DNA of 64,000 nucleotides from the human T2T-CHM13v2.0 reference genome, Homo sapiens, in NCBI RefSeq assembly GCF_009914755.1, contig NC_060925.1. One strand, given 5' to 3'. The position numbers were made by a program, and so were the translations under genes. The notes under the pieces are model-generated. The model ran no database searches. It was not told the DNA's origin and saw nothing but the letters and a program-made list of their open reading frames with translations. Shown piece after piece: positions 54,890 through 64,000 of the stretch (within the stretch, counting starts at the first letter, position 1; the number at the start of each line of letters is the position of its first letter).

Positions 54890-55830
54890 TATTAACTATT
54901 CCCTTAAAATATTAAGAGGCTAGAGGACCGAGGTAAGAAAGATTTACTATAAACCACAGAACAGAGACTATGTAGAGTATGACATAAAGGTAATTTCTCA
55001 TACCTGGAAAGAAGAAAACTGAAGGGGAGGATCCCGGGGACAGAGTGACAGGCAAGCAAGATGACTGAGCCCAGAATTGGGACAAGTTCCTGGGCCTGGT
55101 CTGTATAGAGACCTCAGATGGTTCTGGAAATCACTGATGAGAAGGGGCTGGGTTAGCACACCTTGCCTGGAACTCTAGATGGAGATTATCGCCTCAAAAG
55201 GGGCATCCTTGGTAGAGCAGTGATTGTGTTGCTATTTTGTTTAAGATGACCGTGCCTGAGAAAGCCTCCTTCTGCCACCCCTGAGTCTCATTTGGATCCA
55301 GGGAGGAGACCCAGGAAGGTTCCCAAAACTGTCCCTGAGATGGTGTTTGAGAATTAGAAATCAGCATGGCTGTCAGGAGGCTGCCACAGCTTTTAACAGG
55401 AAATCAAGGATTGGTTAGCCCAAAGCAGGAATGATACGTAGGACATGGCTAAATCTCAAAATGTCAGCTGTGCATGTTAGTGCTGTGGTGAAAGCCTGGT
55501 GGAGCATTGGGAGGGAAGTTTGAGCTAGTTGAGAGCCATCACCTCCATGGTTATACTAAGAGATCAGACCGCAGATCAGCATCTCACCCTTTAAAGCAGT
55601 GATGGAAGGCAGTCAGTGCTCAGATAGGGCAAGTGACAGATGTCCTTTTTCTAATGACAGGACATTCATGAGCCCCCAAGAGTTAGGAGAATGATGTTGG
55701 GGAAAATCCTGAATATGACAACCCAAAGAGATTAAGTTTTAGAAAGAGGAGCGTAAGTTAACTTTAATAGCAATATCTACTTTTTGCTTCTGCCATCAAT
55801 GGAAGTGAGGGCTCATGAGTATAATAGTCT
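54890..55830 (+). mobile_element. Possible ancient Gypsy-type LTR (MamGypLTR-like)
   Basis: Purine-rich LTR-like block ending TTCTGCCATCAATGGAAGTGAGGGCTC; resemblance from memory only. Confidence 0.35.
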
Positions 55831-56254
55831 AGATCTGTATCTTACTGTAGGGGTTTTGACCCCACGATATCACTATTCAGAGATGTATGTGGAACATATA
55901 ATACCAATTTGGCCCCCCGATATGGGTTAACCTCTTTTTTCTATGAGCCTCATTTAAAATCACTCCCTGTGTTGTATTATGTATGCATGTGTTTGTCTCC
56001 TACACTTGATGGTAAACCATATGGTCCCTTGATGGTAGGGACCATATCTCATTCCTTTTTAAATCCCCAGCTGTTGGCACAGGGTCCAGTACACAATTAT
56101 TTCTCAAGAAATGCCTGTTGAATGAATCCATGATGGCAAACAAATTGCGTAAATTGTGAACATTTTTATAAAAAACTATGTGTGGCATTCTAGAAAATCT
56201 GATGATTCTTGAATTGATCGTTTTGTCTGTGCTGTGGAGACATCCCTTTAGTTG

Positions 56255-56480
56255 ATAGTTGTGGAATGCCTACAGTGTAAATCACCCCAAACACCTTTCA
56301 CATATAAATCATTGAAGACTCCCAAGAATCTTATGATGTTGGTCTTGTTGCCCTTGTTTTACAGATGAAGAGACTGAAACCTGAAGAAGATAAGAAACTG
56401 ATTCAAGATTTCAAAGTTATTCAGTGGGCAAGCCAGGCATTGAATGTGGCTCTAGCCTGTGTTTCCAGCTGCTATGCTCT
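56255..56480 (-). mobile_element. MIR
   Basis: GTTTTACAGATGAAGAGACTGAAACC...AGTGGGCAAGCCAGG. Confidence 0.7.
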
Positions 56481-57689
56481 ATGTGACTCTAAATGTGCAT
56501 AACAGTGTCCTCTTATGAAAGTGGTCAGAATAGTTGTGTTAGGGAACAGCTACATGATAGTATTTTCATGTAGAATGTATATTATCTCATAGATGTGTAT
56601 ACTCAAAGCAATGTTTAGGGAGGCTATAAAGTGTTTCAGCAAATGACAAGAATCTTCCCCAGCAATAGGGGAAAAATGACATCTATAATGTTTCTTTGAA
56701 ATATTAAGAAATACTAACAGGAATTTGTCAATGTTGACTTATTATTTCTTTCAGGTGTGGGAAGTCTTAGTGAAGTCAGACAGGGGATGGAGCTTCCTCT
56801 ATCATTCCTTTTGGGAGCTTCTTCATGTCAGTGGCTTGGAAAGTGGCCCTGGGCTCCTACACCCATCATGATTCTGGAAAGAGCTCCAGCTTTCTGTTCA
56901 TTGGATAGGGACTTTTGGAAGGGAAAGAAGGATTAAGGTCCTATGAAGGTGGAAATGCAGCACTGGCCTGCCTGTCCCTGACCTAGTCCCTTTCGGGTAT
57001 GCATGCATAAATGGAGGCTGGTACCCCCATGGGGATAATCAATGGGACCCTGTGACTTTTTCGCTCTTTAGCAGAGTGCAGAGTGCAGAGTGGAGTGACA
57101 ATCTCTCTTGGGATAAATCCAGGTCCAGAGTGTCATTTTGAAGTACTGCTCTGACATTGTGTGTCTTGAGTCTGACTGGGAAAGTGAATGATTAGCAGAG
57201 ACCTGGGAACCCCTGTAATATGAAACTACAGCAGGAACTACAAGGACCTTCAGCATATATTTTTATATAACTCTGGAAAACAAAGCTAACTCTTTTGACT
57301 TACCCCAAAACAAAGTAGAAAATGTTATGTAATATTTGGGGGTTATTTTAGCATGGCTTTAGCAGGTGCTCTGTCAGTAGGCACCAGTGTAACTGTAACT
57401 GATTTTTATGCATTTGAATTGGTCTATGCTTGTGCCATGTTGGCTGTTTTTCATGTTGCATATCACCTTCTGGGCTTAGGAGAGGAAAGAATATTGCCAA
57501 AATAGAACTAATTCTACAAATATATTGAGATACAGTCTTTGTTTCGCTTAATTTTTTTTTCATAGTTTTTCTAGGGTAATAAACATCAAAGCTGGCATAG
57601 TCAATGATCTCTTTCCAGAGATATGACCAGACAAGCTTCCTTTCACTGGGCTCTTGGGGGCAGTACATTTCCAGGAGGGGAGAGGAACA

Positions 57690-57910
57690 TTAAACCACGT
57701 GTCAAGTCATTCTGCAGGAATGGAAATGTTGGTTTCTCTGGCTGTAATAATTCAGGAATTAAATGTTGGACGTGTGGCCACAGGAAGGCTGAGATTTCTT
57801 TCATAAATCATGCAGTCTTGTTTACATTGCTCCTCCTGCATTCATCTCCCTTGGAAGGCCATACAACTTGTCCAGCATGCCATTGTGTGGAATTGTGTCA
57901 GTGAGTTTGT
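57690..57910. promoter_or_regulatory. Candidate enhancer (motif cluster)
   Basis: CACGTG, TGTCA x2, GGAATG, CATAAATCAT, TGTTTAC and CATTGT within ~210 bp of non-repeat sequence. Confidence 0.35.
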
Positions 57911-59293
57911 GGGCCTCCAGATAAATCGTATCATGTAAAGAATACCTTTATAAGCCAATCCCCCACCTGGCCACAGTCCTCACAAAAAAGAATGTGCTTC
58001 GTTATATGTGATTGGAAGCTTCCAAATTGGTCTTGGCTATTTTCTATTACTTAGATGCCTCTAACTTTTCCTTAGCTACTGTGGGAACATTGCCTTTCCT
58101 AGGCTCGCCATCATTCTAGTGCCCTGAAACTTTATCAGAGGGAATACTCTCTAATCATTTTCAACTGTGCAAAGGCTTGGGACTTGACTTCTTATCACCT
58201 GTAATCCTCAGTACCATGACCGCCTTTTATTTTCCTGCCTACTTGTCACATCTTCATTGTTGGAACATAATATCTGTGGCTCACAGAATCCCACAGCTAA
58301 CCAAGTGATGGATGTCCTGTCAATGATTAATCCACATTTCTATGTAGTTTTGAGTCTATTGCTTTTCTATTGATTTGTGCTAAGGGTTGAGCAACTTACT
58401 AAATGGCTGCTAAGGTTTGATTCTTCACTGCGAAACTTTTCCTGAGTGTTTGGCTCTACATTCTCTTAAACCTGATGGTGGTCAGATGGGCTATTATTCC
58501 AGGGAAAACTCAGCAAAGCAAAGCAAAACAAAACAGAAAACACTGCATAAACTAAGAAGAATATACAATTTAGTTAAACATTTGTCATTACTAAAGAGGG
58601 CTGCATTGATAACTCCCTCTGTTGTTCTCTCTCTCTTTAGGATCTCAGATATAGAGTCTTTAGTTAATTATACTCTTTGGTTCCCAGAAGTCAGATTAGC
58701 ATCTGTCCAGTGCAAAGACACTCTGTTATTTATTTGTTTCAAATTTATTCCCTTTTATCTTTATCCCACCCATTCTCCTCAGAGCTGAGGTAGATAGATG
58801 GAAAGAGTTCCAAAATCTTAGATTTGGGAATCTTATCTGTGTTCTGGGACATGAGGAAGAGGATTGTTCACTCAGGATAGTGTGAACGGCCCTCAGCAAA
58901 TTATTGAGTCATTCAGATATTTTATTAAGTTGTCAACATTAGTTCTATTACCATAGGCAAGTGTTTTGATGTGCATCTTTTTGTTTCATATTGTTTTTTG
59001 TTTTGTAGATTTTTATTATGTAAATGATATTAAATGTGTATCTCATTCTTTTCCTTATTTTTTTTAGGGTCCAGCCATGTAGCTATGGACATGCCTCATT
59101 TGCTGTATTTAATTACCACATGATGCTCTGTGATGTGCCTCCAGTACATTTTGCTCATCCACTTCCAGTGATTGACTCCCTTCCCCAACCACAGCTAATG
59201 CTGCAATAACTGCCCTAGCTCAATATGTTTACCAGTTCACTGATGGGGTTTTCCTTTCATTTGTCTTATAATTATGAAAAACAGAATTTATGA

Positions 59294-59656
<363 letters not shown>

Positions 59657-60889
59657 TAGCATTTTACACATCTCCATTGTAGAAAGGCTATTTATAGATT
59701 CATCATGCTCTTTGCTCATAATTGATCTGTTTTCTCTTTTTCTAAAGTTACAATGATCATAGTTTTCTGTTGTGCTCACTAGGTGACATACATGTTTCAG
59801 ATCATAACTCAGTTTGCATTTTTGTCATGGCAACAATACAGTTTTTTATAATAATTATAAGTATAAATTAAGAAAATCCAGTACTACAACAAACAGTCAG
59901 TGAAAATCTGTAGAAGGTTGTATGTATCATTAAAAAAAATTTATGAGTAACAGAGTAAGACGTGGCTACAAGGCATGTTTTTCACATATTTTTCTTTGTT
60001 TTAAAGAACTGGTGTGCTAGCTATGCCATTGGTGACTAACCTTATGGGTCAATGTTTTACTAGTCTCTAGAATACTAAGCCAACACTAAACTGAAAATAA
60101 CAAATATAGCTCCATTTACTTAAAAAAAAATTCTTCACAATGCTACCTTTCAGAGAAATCTGTAAAACTGTGAGACTCTGCTACAACCAAAGCTATCTTT
60201 TGAGATAAGCTGACGGGGGTGAGTTATACAGTGCAGGGTGTCATATGACCTTCAGCAACTCTTACAGTGCCAGATTGTATTGGGACTATGTAAGCGACCA
60301 ACACAACCATATATAGACTGAACAGTGATCTATGAAGGGGTCCCACATGACGTGGCCCCAAAGAGGTGCTACAATTGGAGAGACACTCAGAATAGGGAGA
60401 AACAGCAGATAAAAAGAGAAATAAAGTAGCTAAAGCAGGAAATGATAGGTTGATTTAATTTCTGTGGTATCCTAAAAGAGACTCCAATTTTCTTTAGACC
60501 TATTTGAATATTGAGACAGTTATCTGTGTATGATTCTGTTTCTAGACTATATATATATTAAAAAAATCAACACAACCCAAATAAAAACATACAAGAAGCC
60601 TCAAGCCAAAGTTGAAAGTGAAAATAAGGACAAAATGGAATGCAATTTTTAGTAATTTATATTGTAAGTATAAGTAAAGAGGTTACTCCACCAAGGAAAG
60701 TTCATGGAGCTCTGAGTGACTACAGAGTGAATGAATATTAAACTCATTGCATCCATGTGTTAGAAATGGAAGGAATGATTCACAACTTATTTTTCCAGTA
60801 GAATCGCTATTGAACTCTGCACTTGGGACACCACAATATGCTAATGGAAGGTAAAGATATTTCCCAAGGCAAAAAAGCTAAAAAGTGGC

Positions 60890-61275
60890 AGAAGTGGTTG
60901 TCACAGGAAGCACTCACCAAATATTCATGTACTCCACTATATTTACAAACTTCCTTGTTAGGTTAGTTATATGATGACTTCTGGCCAATAACCTGTGTAT
61001 GAATGTGACGTGTCATCTCCAGATATAATGCTTATGATCAGTGTGTGTTCTTTTCACTTTCTTCTTGCCTGAGGTCTTGAAGACCCCAGAAGCCATGAGT
61101 TGAGATGATGGAGCTACAAAATAGAACCTGGAAGAATCCATACTTAGCTGCTGGGAAGTGAGCTGCACTGGAGAGTATCCAGACTTGCAGAGGGTTTGGT
61201 GAGTGGGCAATACACTTTTATGTATAGAATGACTAAGATGCTTGCAGCTATTTGTTACTGCCAGAGTCATACTAG
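60890..61275 (+). mobile_element. Old MaLR LTR (MLT1I/J-like)
   Basis: CTTCCTTGTTAGGTTAG...TCTGGCCAAT...GAGATGATGGAGCTACAA...TTTGTTACTGC. Confidence 0.65.
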
Positions 61276-61472
61276 GTGATATTTGAATTCTGACCAGTCT
61301 ATTTTACTAGAAATATTTCCCTCTTCTCACCATACCATATTGGTTTAAAGAAGATGGAAGGCTCTAAGATAGATGGAGGAGTCTTAGCTTTGTCTTCTCA
61401 AAAAATGGAAAAAATGAACCCTAGACTATAGAAGTGTTAGAAAGTGAGACAACTCTTAAAATGTAAGTTTTA

Positions 61473-61989
61473 TGTTTATTCAAGTTTGCTAAGGTCAACA
61501 GAGGAGAAGATGATTGGCATTGAAAAGATAATGTGTTACTCACAGTTTTCCAGAGAAGGAGGCATGCCTCACCACACAGGGCCACACAAAAGCATCAGGG
61601 TTGGTTAGATGGAAGAGGGAGTGAGGAAAAAATGTGGGCAAAAGTCTTTATGGTTGTTTCTGTGGGAAGGAATGAACAAGACAGGGTAAGCAAGCTTATG
61701 ATTGGCTAGTTTGAATAATTTCAGTGGGCTCTGAGGTGTGAGAACTTCTCTAGTTGTCTGGTACCTGGTCATGGGGTGATTAGGACAATGGGATCCTGGC
61801 TAGCTTGAGAGAGAGCCTGAGAAAGGAGGTAAGTGGCGCATGGGTTCTGGATTGGTTGATTTGCATATAAAAGGCACAGGATAGGCACAGGATCTCCAGG
61901 AATTGGCTAGCCCTGGGAAGGGCAGTTTCTCCAGGGTGGGCAAGGGCCCAGATATCAAAGTATCAGGTTCAAAAGACATGCTTAATACA
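61473..61989 (-). mobile_element. MER74-like ERVL solo LTR
   Basis: AGGAATTGGCTAGCCCTGGGAAGGGCAGTTTCTCCAGGG...CCCAGATATCAAAG...ATGCTTAATACA (reverse of MER74/MER54-type 5' end). Confidence 0.75.
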
Positions 61990-62129
61990 ACATATAGAAA
62001 AAGTACCTAAGTGAGGGTCTGGCCCAGAGTAGAGGCTGAGATTAATTTAAAAATAAGTTGGAAGGGAGCGAGTCAGAAACCTAGGAGAACAGTTAGGAAG
62101 AATTGACAGGGTGCACTATTAATCTATTC

Positions 62130-62645
62130 TCTATAGTGCAAAGAGATTCCTCTAAAATGTGTTTCTGATGATGTCACTTCTCTTTTTAAAAACTCTAAAT
62201 TAATGCATGCTTTTCTCCCTGTTTGGGTCATTCTAGCTTCCACATTAATCATAACAAAAACCCTACTCATTTTGCAGGTCTCAGCAGATGACATTTCCTC
62301 TGGCAGAACTCCCCCAGTGCTGCCCACCCATCCTCATCCAGTGACCCCTTCCCCCATTAGGTCTGCATTAAGGGACATGCACACCTGTATTAGCCAGGAA
62401 GCAACATAAAGAGAGAGAGATTTAGAGAGCTCCCTTATCTAACATGGACTAATTCCCATAATATGAGCTGTCTCTGTTCCTATAGTTCTCCTTTGTAGCA
62501 TTGCCAAGTTTTTTTGGTAATGACTTATTCAGTGTTTGTTCTTATCTTCAACTATTGGCTACAAAACGTTCTATCTTGTTGATTGCATTAATCCTAGCAC
62601 CAAGACATATGGTCCATGCTCAGTGCATGTTTGTGGAATGATTGA
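62130..62645 (+). mobile_element. L2 3' fragments
   Basis: CTGATGATGTCACTTCTC...CCCTACTCATTTTGCAGGTCTCAGC...CCTAGCAC...GGAATGATTGA. Confidence 0.6.
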
Positions 62646-62933
62646 CAGGCAAGACTTGAATCTGTCTTATTCTTCCTAATGCAGGTGCCTTTAAAACAGT
62701 GCTTGGCCCATTACAGATGCTCAGCAAAAATTATTTAAACAAAAGCAAATATAGCTCCTCATAAAAATCCATAAGTTATAGCAAATAGATACCAAGGAGA
62801 TGAAGACTTACTTGCCCAAGGTGCTCTGCAAGAAGGAGGCAGAAATTGAATTCTTCTGACTCCAATGCTTGTTTTCCCTTTGCACAATGCCCAGTCTTAA
62901 CAAGCAGGCTGATTTAACAACAGTGGTATAGTT

Positions 62934-63098
62934 TAGTGATTATCAAAGTTTAGTGTGCATATGAGACACCTGGGAGTCTTGATCAAATGCAGATGATGAG
63001 TCAGTGGGGCTGGAGTGGGGCCTGAGAGTCTGCATTTCTAACAAGCTCACGAGTGATGCCCAGGCTGCTGGTACAGCAATCATACTTTGAGTAGCAAA
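62934..63098. mobile_element. MER5A-like (hAT-Charlie)
   Basis: CACCTGGGAGTCTTGATCAAATGCAGAT...GGGGCCTGAGAGTCTGCATTTCTAACAAGCTC...CTTTGAGTAGCA. Confidence 0.85.
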
Positions 63099-63408
63099 GA
63101 TGATGATGGCCCACAGGTTAATTTTCCTTTTGTATATACCTATAGCTTCAAAACAGAAACAAGAATAACATTAACCAGTATAAAGGCTTCTTCTTACAAA
63201 GGAAGGAATAGTCAAGCAAAATTGGTTATCTAAATGGATCAAATTTCACAGATAATTGTTCAGCTCTATTCTTCCTTCTGGGAGGAGAGGGTCTATAACT
63301 CTGAAACCAGGTCCCTACTTTTGTTTTAAGAAGTTGAAAACAACACAACTTCAGGTAAAATAAACTCTACATTTTGTAATGATTTCATATGTAATGGTTC
63401 AGTTACAT

Positions 63409-63821
63409 TGTCTTAGTATGGGTTCTCTGGGAAATAGACTTTGAGATAGAGATGTGCCTGTAGCAGGTTTGCTGGGGAATGAAGGAAGCAAGATGGATCC
63501 AGGGAGAACTAGACCTGCAGTGCAACTGCCGCGGAGCTTTGGCTGACCCTACGGGGAACTCTGAAACAGAAACGGCTCTCAGAGTTGTCCCAAATCAAGG
63601 CAAGCACACTGTGTCATTATACCCTTACACTGACCAGTGATTGGGTGCAGACTGACACCTCCAGGAGGAGAATAACTTGGATGGGCCACTTTGACCAATG
63701 GCGGTTCACAGAGAATGGCCTGGGCTGTGAGCCAGTCAGCAGCCCTTATTCCCAGAAGCTGGGGAAATAAGAAACTCAGTATTGGCAGGTCATCTGAATG
63801 GGCTCCACAGCATCTACCACA
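63409..63821 (-). mobile_element. LTR16-like ERVL solo LTR
   Basis: TGTCTTAGTATGGGTTCTCTGGGAAATAGACTTTGAGA...TCAGAGTTGTCCC...GACCAGTGATTGG...CAGCATCTACCACA. Confidence 0.75.
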
Positions 63822-64000
63822 CATTGTTCCTAGCACTTAGACAATTCTAAAAATATCTTCTGCACTATCTCTGAGTTTTGTAAACATCAGCTCTGTAGCT
63901 TCTCTGGAGAAACAGGCTTTTAGATGCTGGAAGGCATTAGAAAGTAATGGGGGCAGGGAGAATGAATTAGAAAGGACAGCAGTTTTCTACTACCTAGACC

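Noticed and set aside
57864-57882. p53-like CAACTTGTCC / CAGCATGCCA half-sites
   Set aside because: The half-sites overlap by one base and have mismatches, so the spacing is non-canonical.

Overview
This is primate (human-like) non-coding genomic DNA: AT-rich, CpG-poor and dense in transposable elements. It contains about 11 Alus, young and old L1 fragments, L2/MIR, MaLR LTRs (THE1, MST, MLT1), ERVL LTRs (MLT2, LTR16, LTR33, MER21, MER74) and DNA transposons (MER6, MER20, MER5A). I find no credible protein-coding gene, tRNA, rRNA, CpG island or CRISPR array. The only recognisable protein fragments are broken L1 ORF2 pieces; the other ORFs are Alu, microsatellite or chance frames. I see no new multi-gene biological system. 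The most notable items are: a near-perfect 6 x 37-bp minisatellite inside an LTR16 that creates repeated TF motifs (43850-44071); a ~109-bp local templated insertion (14483-14591, copied from 15684-15791); a tail-less internal L1 fragment flanked by a 15-bp direct repeat (51902-54263); a twin-primed inverted L1 inside a ~6-kb nested repeat cluster; an inverted local duplication (35691-35781); and several TE-free, motif-rich blocks that look like conserved enhancers. Repeat family and subfamily names come from my memory of consensus sequences and need confirming with RepeatMasker/Dfam. Boundaries of old elements are approximate.
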